Shown here one piece after another: positions 13,226-23,966 of a stretch of DNA of 64,000 nucleotides. The translations under genes and the position numbers were made by a program. This DNA is from Cystobasidiomycetes sp. EMM_F5 (taxonomy: Eukaryota). Where the stretch lies: assembly GCA_051047955.1 (NCBI GenBank), contig JBPGPT010000008.1, positions 248,001-312,000 on the forward strand, given 5' to 3'. Under the pieces are notes generated by a model. It searched no databases. It worked only from the letters and a program-made list of their open reading frames with translations, and was not told the origin of the DNA. How positions within the stretch are numbered: the stretch's first letter is position 1; each line of letters opens with the position of its first letter.

Positions 13226-14872
13226 TTAGAGCGTGGTTTTAGGCTCAACAGCCTCGCTGACTAATTTGTCAACCAGATTACGATACAGCTCATGCTCGAA
13301 CTGCTTCGCGAATTCAATTACACCCTATACCAACCAAATCAGCCTTAGAACGATCTAGTCTTTGAATAAAAAATGTCGACACCAACCGGATCTCCGAAAG
13401 GTGCGATATCAGTCAACAGAGTCATGCAAATGCCGGCTGCGCGGTCAACAAACCAGAATGTGTTTCTGAGGCGATTTGTGCGCGAAAAAGCAGTGATTCA
13501 GCGACGCAGACTCTGGCGTCTTGACATCACGACTCACGCATAACCTTCCCCGTAAAAGGTGCCTTTCCGACGCCCACCCTCTATATCTTTCGTAATAATC
13601 TTGATAGTCATGCCTACTTGTCGGCTGGTGTCAATCTCCCTGCCAGCTGCCGGATCACTTGGCATATCGTGTTTCAGATAATCCCACACGGCTTTGGCAA
13701 ACTTAGGATCCGTCACCAGAGGTGTAGCCATCATGTCTATCGTAGTCTTCTGGACGATACGCTTGCCAGTATCCGGAGAAACGCCATCGTTTAGCAAAGT
13801 CCGTAGCAATTTCATGTAGGATTGCGCCGATCCAAAAAGCCCTCCGCCGCCCGAGCATGCCTGAGGTCGCTTAACGACGCCCAAAGGTATCCCCTTGAAT
13901 CCGGTGTCGTCCGAATTGCGAAAACAAAGGTCCACTTGCCGCGCCTCGTGAAAGGTTTCGCGACGCCAAACCATATCGGAAACACCCAACGGTCTGTCAT
14001 TCCGCAAGTCAGCTGCTCCAGTGACTTGTTCTACATACTTTTATAGTAATACCTACTCGAAGATGTGTTTCTGACAATATCTGTGATATAGTAAGTCTCA
14101 GTAGGGGCGATGAGCCAGCGCAGTGAATGCAATCTACATACGCTTCAAAATCCAAGCCTGATGCTCCTTCCACGGCAAATGCCAGCAGGTCAGTATCGTG
14201 AGCATAGCTGAACCCTTGTCCCGGTTCGTTTGATAGTGGGAGCCCGGTGACGGTTTCCTGACAGATGGCGACCAGTCAGGCAGATATCAAAACGTGGGAA
14301 TTCAACAAGCACTGACCCGTGGCGCTTTCGGACCATGCCACACTATTTCCAAGCCATGCTCATTACGGTATCTGTCCAAGTCTGCTGAGCTCGTGGTAAA
14401 TTTGGTCCTGTAGAGACGTCCGTAAGCACTGCATCATTGTACGTTCGAGGATTCAGTCTACCCACCCAGCCATATGAGTGAATAGATGGCGAATTGTAAT
14501 ACGCGATGTAGGCTCGACAAGAATCGCGTTTCCATTCTCGTCGTAGCCTTTAAGAATCTTTACGGAAGCCAGCTCTGGGATAAAGTCCTGCGCCAGACTG
14601 TCGAGGGTGAAGACTCCCTTCTCGATTAGTAGTGCTGCCGCCAGGCTTGTCACCAGCTTGGTTTGGCTAGCAAACCAGAATATCGAGTCCATTGCGACCG
14701 CATTGTTGGGCCTGGCAGGTCCATCCGCAAACACCTTGACGCCGCTGGCCTGCTCGAACACAATGCCATCCCGGTCTGCAACTGACACAATGATACGTGG
14801 AATGGGTCGCGATCCAGTCGTAGTCGCATCAGTGACGAGCTTCCGAAGCCTGTCGATATCAAACTTGGCCAT
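13226..14872 (-). CDS. Beta-lactamase/transpeptidase-like serine hydrolase (class C / LovD-EstB-like), multi-exon
   Basis: SxxK motif FWFASQTKLVT; ITIRHLFTHMAG; Tyr motif GQGFSYAHDTD; SGGGGLFGS; final exon GVIEFAKQFEHELYRNL...KTTL*. Confidence 0.88.
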
Positions 14873-14988
14873 GAGGAGCAATTTCGACGTCAACAGCCTG
14901 AATGCCACTGTCTCGCCTCAATTGCTGCCCAGCGCCATCTGCAGACAGCGACATCTCTGAAGCGCGCCCGCACGAGCCGGACGTTCCG

Positions 14989-15020
14989 CGATGCTGCGAA
15001 AAACTACCGCAAATGTCCCG
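14989..15020. promoter_or_regulatory. Candidate Zn2Cys6 binding element in the hydrolase-1/P450 divergent promoter
   Basis: CGATGCTGCGAAAA (14989-15002) is identical to 21931-21944; CCG-N8-CCG at 15007-15020. Confidence 0.45.
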
Positions 15021-15162
15021 TGCATCTCCCTGCTGATTCGGTGATTTAATTCGAAAAGCTCCGGACAATGCTTTAGGTTGATGCATATTTCCGTGAAGGC
15101 GTACAAGGCAATGGCTTGCGTTGCACTGACCGCAACCTGCTTCCAACTCGATTTTCTCTTTC

Positions 15163-16695
15163 ATGGCGACTCTCCTGGCGGTTCGCACGGCTGATGATAT
15201 GCCTGGACCCGTGCAGGAAAGAGGCTGTCCGTTCATGGCTCGTCCCCTCACAGCAGACGATATTACGGAGGAGGAGTTCGACTCAACAGACAACAAACCC
15301 CATCACGTCTACGCTCAATACGATAAACTGCGAAAAAGCTGCCCAGTGGCCCATACCTCAGCATTAGGCGGATACTGGCTGCTGACCCGGTATGAGGACG
15401 TCAAATATGCCGCCAGCCGAAGCGATACCTTCATATCATCTGTAAAAGCGGTTGTTCCTTCGGATCCTCGTGGCCTAAGACGACCTCCTTTGAACTTTGA
15501 CGCGCCAGCAAGTAGTCTCTCGCTTGTCGAGTAACGGGCAGTGAAACTAATGGGCCATCGCGTACAGGCGCACACACCATTCCGAACTGCTCTAGATCGG
15601 ACGCTCAAGGCATCTCGCCTACAAAGGCTGCGCCCAAAGCTTACAGAACACGCTGAGCGTGGTATTCAGGAGCTACTCAGCAAGGGTGGAGGCGACATCT
15701 GTTGCGACTTTGGGTCGACTTTTGTGGCCTGGGTATGCTCGAAATCTTCTCTCATTCTCGTGTCCCACAAAGCTGATGCGGCATTGTCACCGAACAGGTC
15801 GAGGTCGAATGGCTAAATCTAGATTCCGCTATCGCACCGATACTGTGCGAGTCGGCTTCCAAATGGGTGCGAGCCTGGAGGGACCTGGATAGCGCCAACG
15901 TCGCGAGATACAGTGCAATCATGTATGAAATTGCAACAGATCTAGTCAAAGACCGCAAAGAGAATCCACAAGACCCAGAGGAGGATCCTGCTTCTTCGCT
16001 GCTCCTGGAAATCGGACCAGACGGCAGCCCTCTGCCAGATACTCATCTAATCGGGGCAATCAGACAATCACTCGTCGTCGGCACGGTTGCCCCGCCCATT
16101 ATGCTGGGATCAATATGCCAACATCTCACCAGGCATCCTGACTTACAGGATCAACTAAGAAATAATCCCGACCTAATACCGGCTGCAACCGAGGAATTTA
16201 TCCGCTTATATACACCATGTGAGCCCGCTCCATCTCTAGGGACACACATCGATGACAGCTGCTGACTCAGTCACGCAGATCGCGGTTTCTCCAGGACAGT
16301 CAACAAACCTACTGAGATGCACGATCGCTTGATACGTCCAGGAGAACCGGTGACCGTCACGTACGCTGCCGCAAATCGCGATCCATCAGTCTTCCCGCAG
16401 CCGAACGAGTTCATCATGAATCGACCAAACATTCAGGCGCATTTGGGGTTCGGCAACGGAAGACATCGTTGCGCTGGAATGCCGTTAGCTCGCATGTGAG
16501 TGTGCATTGTAGCAACGTCAGCGGCTTCGTCAATAGCTGAATCGCGATGCGTTGCTCAGGGTACTGCAAACGGCTTTGGAGACGCTGTTAAGAATGACAT
16601 CGCACATTCATGCCGACGGTGTTGCAAGCGATGCCCCTATGCCGGAGCTTGGCTCAACCTTGTGCCCAGTACGATTAACACGCGCAGAGGTTTGA
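15163..16695 (+). CDS. Cytochrome P450, soluble bacterial-type (no N-terminal membrane anchor), 5 exons
   Basis: GGYWLLTRYEDV; PPLNFDAP/AHTPFR; ExxR in EEFIRLYTP; AANRDPSVF; heme motif HLGFGNGRHRCAG. Start may be the ATG at 15163, 15199 or 15235. Confidence 0.92.
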
Positions 16696-17112
16696 GCTAT
16701 AGTGGCCGTTGTTCCTTCTAGATACCTAAGGCTCTGCATTACATATCGATTCGAGCAGTCGTAGTGTCGCTTCATTGCTGTGTTTTCATTGCCGATCCAC
16801 GCCAGTGGGATGATAATACGGCGAGAATCGCTTCATTAGTGCTTGCCGCGAGCTAGCGTGTGATGCATGCACTGGCATTTACGGCCATTTGACAACGTCT
16901 TTTACACGTGCTGAAAGTAGCGTGCAGCAGAAACGATCTCAAGTCCATAATTCTTGTGGCAGAGCTGTGGAGTCGTGATCTAGCGGCGTAGCATGATCCC
17001 ATGTCATAAAGCTGAGATCTCGCAGGAAGTCCATGGTACCCAGGCCGGGTTCGACTGCTTGGTAACACCATATTCAGCCTGAACAGGTTCAGCAACCGCG
17101 TCGCTTAGTAGT

Positions 17113-19199
17113 CTACGCACCAGTACTATCAATCCACGTCTGTTCCAACGGCCATGACACAGGCAGCGCTTCGATGGCATTTCCGAGTCCGTCACTTGGA
17201 GCAGTAACGCCAGAATGGACTAGTTGATCCGGCACACTTTGAGATGACGGTTCTCTATCGCTATGCAAAGCCGGTGCTGCAAACATTGAGGTGCGGGCTG
17301 CGATACTTTCCAAAGCTTGTATAGCGACCTGCGCCTCATGATAGTTGAAAGGATCTCGAATAACCTTGGAGGCGGCTGTGAGACGCGCATAGCAGTGCTC
17401 TATAAGACAAGTCTGTGCACCAGTGGTCAGAATTATGAAGAAACTGTGGTGAAGTAGTCCACCGCACAAAAGGTGGCTCAAGTGCCATTAAAGCTCTGTC
17501 GGAGCATCTCGAGAGGTCTTCCGCTAGTCTTGCTCCTGTCCTGGCCAAGTTCTCGGCAAGTGAGCTTGCAGAAGCACAATCCAGGCAGGAATATCGGTAA
17601 TACACTATATCTTTGCGTGAGAAAATTTTCGGACGGCTGGACTCAACCTACACTCAATCCGCATAGAATGCGCCACTACAGTAAGCGTAGGGTCTGACTC
17701 TTGACCAGTGAGAGCAACAGCCAATGTCAATATACGAGCCAGGCTATCGTTCAGAGAAGCAAATGCGGCTTGAGACTTGTGCTTGACTGAGGTGGTGATG
17801 CTAAAGCGCCGCCACGAGAGCACAGAGTCCTCAAACACCTGACAGAACGCTATCAATGCATTGAAGCTTGCCAAGGTTGGCACTGCGCTTGTCGCGAGAG
17901 TTGTTTCTAGCGTTGCTGCCATTTCCATCTGTATGATAGAGGGCAGGAGTACGGCTCTCTCATCACTCCTCAACACCATTGATTGATCTTTGAGGAGAGC
18001 CCTCAGCTTGTCGCTGATGTCTACGAAGAGGTTTTGTGTCAGATGCTTCATCCATGCTATCGACCGTCAGATGCGCACACAAAGACCAGTATATCCGGCG
18101 GCGTAGCTCTCTCTGGACAGCGTCAAGACCAGGGTTTTCAGCTGGAAAGTGCGCCGCATGTGCAATTCTTTCGGCTTCAGCGAATAGCCTGTCGGCAACG
18201 GGTGAAGACCGAGAACATTCATAGCTGGCGACCAATAGAACGTTTTGTGCACACACTGTGCTACCAGCCTTCGCAAGTTGGTGTATTCTGTGCCCTGTCG
18301 CCATTGTAGCGGAATTAAAGCGTTTGCCAGCATCTAGCCAAGTTGAACAGCCGCACGCTGCTAGTATCGGCAAAAGCGGCAGCGAGCGGCTAGAGACACA
18401 GGTAGCAGCGCAGATGTTCGCTACCAGGCTGTAGAAAGCAGGATCTATTCTGTCGTGACGAGATGCAAGCCTGGATGCCAGGGAGGGTCTGTGCAGAATG
18501 GGTAAGCGATGCCAAAGGGTGGTGAAGAAGAGGTCGACAACAGCCAGTATGCTAGGAAACGGCATGACAGAATCCAAGCCCTGTTCTGGTCCAGCGGCTA
18601 GCGGAGTCGGCGAGCACGCTCGTGTAGGCCCGTCTAATTCTCGGCTACTGGTTTCAAGATCCCTAGGCAGGCTATTCTGTCCGAAGATATGACTTGAAGC
18701 CGTTGAGAAGTGAACGGCATCCGTATGCGAAGTTGAAGCTACCGGCTGCCCTAGTGATGCAAGGAATTCGGCAGTCTCCAAGCGGACCGGTTGCTGGCTG
18801 GCTGGCGATAGTTGCAAGGCATTGAGGCCAGAGCTTGTAGCGCGCTGACTTTCCCCGCCCATGCTACTTGCTGCGTTCACCATGGAATAGTAAGCTTTTC
18901 TGGGTCGTCCCCGCTTTGTGCTTGCTGGAGTGTAAACGCATTCCGCGCCAAAAGCAATGCATGAGGAGCAGCGGGGTAGTGCTTTGTCGCAAGCTGTCTT
19001 TCGTGCACGACAAACGTCGCAAGACCGAGTCCTATTGTAAGCAAGCTAGTCAGCTTCAGTCGTCTTTAGCATTCAACCGGTATATATGTGCCGAAAAAGG
19101 GTATCGCGCGCACTTTGGGTAGGCTAAGTCTGAGGGCCTTTTCCTTTGACGCCCACTGGGATGACTTGCGACAGTTGACGGCGAAGATGCATCCGACAT
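17113..19199 (-). CDS. Zn(II)2Cys6 fungal transcription factor, multi-exon
   Basis: Exon 2 encodes CDVCRARKTACDKALPRCSSCIAFGAEC followed by KRGRPRK; middle-homology region (LPILHRPS, RELRRRIYWSL). 3' end approximate. Confidence 0.88.
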
Positions 19200-19548
19200 T
19201 GGTCTGATCCGGTCTGGCACACGGATTGGCTCAGTATCGAGGCCGTTGGGTGGTCGGAATTGAGCTGGTTTGGATGTGGATTTCCATGAAGGCCTCTCGC
19301 AATACGCTCAAGCAAGACCTTGCGCAAGCCAGATCATTGTCAAATGCAGAATCATCGATAGTTGACAGCCTACTGAAGTGGTGTGTGGAGGACAACTTCT
19401 CAGCTAAATGGGGACCTGTTTTATGGACATTTTTCGCTCTCTTCATTTACTAATTTGCTATGCCACTACTACTAATACGAAAGCCTTATGGCGGTTATCC
19501 TCCCCCGCGATCCCATCTCACCCCTGCTTATTACTATTGCACAACATC

Positions 19549-21663
19549 TCACAGAGCACGGATGAAGGTGATCTTCTGGTCGCCTCTCCGAGCAGGGTTG
19601 TTCTTCTCTGCCTCAATCTCCTCCGCTGTCATATTAGCGACGAGCTTCCTGCGTTTGGAATTTTCAATCATGTACAGTACTCGAATTGACGAGAAGAAGA
19701 TGACTGCCGCGACCGTGATACCCATCGAGATGGCAAGCGGCGTCTTGAAAGACGGAGCATAGATCGGTTTGTAAATCTGCCCCGCAACTTGAGATTTGCG
19801 AGTATCAGTACTTGGCCAGACTGGAAGCACTCGACTTCTACTCACTAACTGAGGAGACTGGTGTTAGACCAAGAAGACCGAACAGGACCACGCGAATGGA
19901 CGCATCCGGTGTGTTGTCAGCGAGCCACGCAGCGATGGTAGTGCCGGGCGCGAAAGCGCCACCAATGCAGATGTGCAGGAACACGTAACGTAAGATGTTA
20001 TTACTGCTGCCTACCATCACTGCCAAGCCAATGATACTGTTCACGCGTCCATTGGGTTCATTAGAACTGATAGAGAGAATCGCGCTATCCAAACTCACGA
20101 CAGTAGCAGAGCAGCGACGGTGTGCAGCGAACGTTCTCGGAAATGGTCGGAGCTCTTCTGGAAGCCAAGCAGACCCAGATATGCCGCAAAGAAGGGAGTG
20201 ACTGACATCTTGATTGCCAGGTGTTAGCACCGTCGGAAACGCAAAACAAAATTTGTACTTACCAAGTTCGCCTTTACGCCAGCGTAACCCATACCACCCA
20301 CGAGGACGGGAGTGAACACGAGAAATCCAACCACGGGCATGACTATACAAATCTGACCGCAGAGGATGATGAGTTTCTTCCAGTCCGTCAAGGCGAATTT
20401 TATTGCGGGCCATCCGACGTTACGCCCATCAGCCTTGTCTTTCGAAAAGACATCGTTGTCGCGTGACATGCGCTCGACAGCATGAGCACGCTCAGCAGGA
20501 GTCAGAACTGCCGATGCTTGTCTATTAGCTTGCCTTATAGGTAGTCGCAAGAACACGTACTCCAAGCTGTGCCAAGTCGGTCAGGCACTATGGAGCCAAC
20601 AAGAACGCCGAAGAGGCAAGACAAGCTGCCGTAGAGTATAAAGAGCAGCTAGGACAGAGGAGTAACCAATAGTAAGTAATCTCCAAATTTGTCTCTCGCA
20701 CAAGCTGCAGCTTACCTGCCAATTCTTCAAATCCAAATGCGTAATCTGGAATACTCCGTAGGCAATTAAATCTGCCAGTAGCGTCTGCATCAGCGAGTCG
20801 AAGTAGCGTGTACAAGTCGAGCAGCTACCCACTTCCAAAGCCTCCACCGAATACGGAAAAGCCGGTGTAGATGGCCATTCGGAGTCCGTACTTGCTACGA
20901 GGGTACAGAGTCGAGATGAAGTAGAGAGAGAGTTGCGTTACGGGACTTTACATTGCTATGTCAGCAAGTGTATGTGGTTGTCTTGAGACATTCCCGACCC
21001 ACGTTTCGAGAATAGCCTGCAGAATTCGAATGAAGTAAAAGGCCCCCTGCTGCTTGCAGTATGCAGAGCCAATCGTGCACAGACCCCAGCCGAGCGTCAT
21101 TGTAGCAAGATAGTATGACACGCCAACACGTCGGCCAAGGGATATGAGGAATGGGGCAAAAACGACTGTGATTTGCGCGTTCAGTCGGATGCTATCAAAA
21201 GAGCTTGTGTGGAGACACCTACTAGAGACTGCAGTCATACTGACGGCATTAGACACGGTGTTTGGGTCAAATCCCGTATCCTTGATGAAGGTTACGGTAA
21301 GAGCGTTACCTGCGATCTGGTGTCAGCGGAGCGATGTGAATGCAGAGGCCGCTGCCTACCCAAGCTGTTCTTATCAAGACCAGCCAAAGCATAGTTCACT
21401 GACATTATCGGCAGAAGGATGAAGTCAAATTTGCGGTCAATCCGCTTGTCCAGTGCTCGCTCTTCATGACTGGCCGGCTCGTAGCCAGTCGGGCCCTTCT
21501 CACGAATCTGGACACCGGCAAGGTCCGAGTCCGGTTGCTTGTCAATGTATTCTTCTATAATAGCTTTCTCATCGCCTGCTATACCCATTGGGAGATGTGG
21601 ACGAGTGTCGAAGGTGGCAGAGTCATTGGCACTGTTTGAGGTTCTCGGATGGAAATTGGACAT
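19549..21663 (-). CDS. MFS transporter, anion:cation symporter (Dal5/Tna1-like), multi-exon
   Basis: ERALDKRIDRKFDFILLP; LDKNSLG/NA; FYFIRILQAILE; AWLADNTP; RGDQKITFIRAL*. Confidence 0.88.
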
Positions 21664-21797
21664 GTTAGTGTTCTGTCCGACTTGTTGGTGCGAAGGAATC
21701 GGGATCAAGCTTGAGGAGAACCTAGAAAGCGGGTTCAAGGAGGGTCTCCGCCCTCCCTGTCCGCATGCATGCAAAAGCTGAGACTGGGGCGTTTATT

Positions 21798-21951
21798 CGG
21801 ATATTTTTCGGGAAAGTCTGTGTTTCTGGATTTTCCGGGGAGCAGCTTTCACTCAAGCGGTTCATTCGTTTATACGCTCGCCAAGCAGCTTGTCGCATGA
21901 TGTCCGCAATGCACGCTTCAAGCTGCACGTCGATGCTGCGAAAATATCCCG
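21798..21951. promoter_or_regulatory. Two oppositely oriented CGG-N8-CG(G/C) elements in the MFS/hydrolase-2 divergent promoter
   Basis: CGGATATTTTTCGG at 21798-21811; GCGAAAATATCCCG at 21938-21951 (reverse complement CGGGATATTTTCGC). Confidence 0.45.
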
Positions 21952-22099
21952 AAAAGCAAAGGAGGAGGCGTGTAGATCAGACAGGACGTGCGCGCCATCA
22001 ACAGGCGGAACATCGTAGACGAGCCACCCTAAGTTCGTACATTCATGTATAGTCTCGTCCATCTGGCTAACACAGACAAGTCTACCCTCAAGGTCAACC

Positions 22100-23730
22100 A
22101 TGTCGCTATATGTGAACCGCGAGGCTCTGGACCAGATTGTCAAAGATGCATTGACGACAGCACCTCAGCCTTTACCGCGCATTTCAGCGGTAGTCGCATC
22201 GAAGGATGAAGTTCTCTGGGATGGAGCAGGCGGAAGACGGACGTTCTACGCAGACAAGGACAAGGAACCGGAAGGCGACGTCTCTACGGATACTCCTTTT
22301 GCAATGTTCAGCAATACCAAATTTGTGACGTGCATGTGAGTGTATGTGTGCTGATCAATTCCGCACGTCTCTAACGCCATCGGCCCTGAAGATGTGCGCT
22401 ACAAATGCTCGAGCAGGGTCGTATGGCCTTAGATGACTATGCTGAGAAATGGATACCGGAACTTGTGGGCAAGCGAATCTTGGTCGGTTACTCAGAAGAT
22501 GGAACGGAGCAATATGAGACGCCGACGACCAAGGTCACCGTCAGAGATCTATTCTGTCACACGGGCGGGTGAGTGGCCGGCTTGAGTCGTCGAAATGTGG
22601 CACACACTTACGCCAAACTCGATTTCCAAGCTTGCCGTATACTCCCGGCAAGCAATTGTTCGAGCGGTTCCGCAAGGAGCATGGCTTGGAAATGCAGGTC
22701 GAGGGACTGAAAGGTGAACGCGTAAGCGCGATGGACTCAGACAGCAAGCAAGCAGGCTGAGCGCGATCTGGTCTCCGCAGAGCGCGATTGCAGATATTCC
22801 GCATAACTTTACGCCTGGCAGCAGAGTGGACTACAGCACGGGAATCGACCACCTTGGCTACATAATTGAGGCAATTACGGGAATGGATCTCGAAGAGTGA
22901 GCGCGAAGCATATGGTAGCTGCGCGTTACCACTCGCTGAGCCTCTACCATACCAAGGTATACGAACAAGAATGTATTCGAGTAAGGATCTGTCGTGCACG
23001 TATCCAAAGCACAACACGGGGCTGACGGCTGTGCAGACCTCTTGGCATAGAGGACGGAGTATACCGCCGTAGCGCAGAGTATCTCAAAAAAGAAGTCAAC
23101 TTGGTCTACCCCGAAAAGCAAAATGACGGTCGGACTGTTTTCAAGCCAGCGCCATTCACACTCCCTGTCAATCCAGTTTCCTGCGGCGGTGGAGGGGGTC
23201 TTCATATTTCGACGGGTTCATTCGTCAAACTCTTACAGCTTCTACTCAATGGAGGGACGTACGCGCCCAATGGAACTCAGATACTCAAGCCCAAAACAGT
23301 GGACCTCTTCTTCACGCCCCAGTTAACGAACGACGAGGACGCCAAGTTTGGTCATCAGGTCAAAGACTGGCTTCACCTGAATCGAGATCCTTTCCATAGA
23401 AGCAAGGACAACGGCGGCGCAGACGCTGAAAATGTCCCGCATCGACGACGAGGATGGGGCTTAGGCTGTGGCCTGAACCTAGAGGATATTCCGGGCGGTC
23501 GCAAGGCTGGAACGCTCTGGGCATCCGGATTCGGGTAAGTGATTCGATCGCGAATAGACAGACTCCATCTGATCCGGGTACGGCATAGCGATACATACTG
23601 CTGGGTAGATAGAGCGTCTGGGGTGTGTGCCAGTCTCATGGTCAACACGGCTCCAGCACAGGCCCCTGGAGTGTTCGACTTCTGGAAAGAATGGGAAACG
23701 GCGATATACGCATCATTAGAAAGACGATAG
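22100..23730 (+). CDS. Second beta-lactamase/transpeptidase-like serine hydrolase, multi-exon
   Basis: SxxK motif FAMFSNTKFVT; TVRDLFCHTGG; PGSRVDYSTGID; CGGGGGLHIST; GRKAGTLWASG; TYCWVDRASGVC. Confidence 0.88.
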
Positions 23731-23966
23731 CGTTCGCATGTCAGCAGATCCTCGGCACTGTTCTCCGGGCGTCAGCGTCAGACTTTATGTTACTGTCAGC
23801 ATTTAATCGCAATTTAGTCCGCCTTTGTGAGACCTGGTCATCTCTGCGCCGGACTGACACGCCCCAGTCCACCATCGTGCTTCTTGCCATCTCGTTCCTG
23901 TGGCCTGCTGCAGGCTATCGAGCTGCTGCTGTTGCCAATGTCCGACATCTCGCATCCAAGTTCTTC

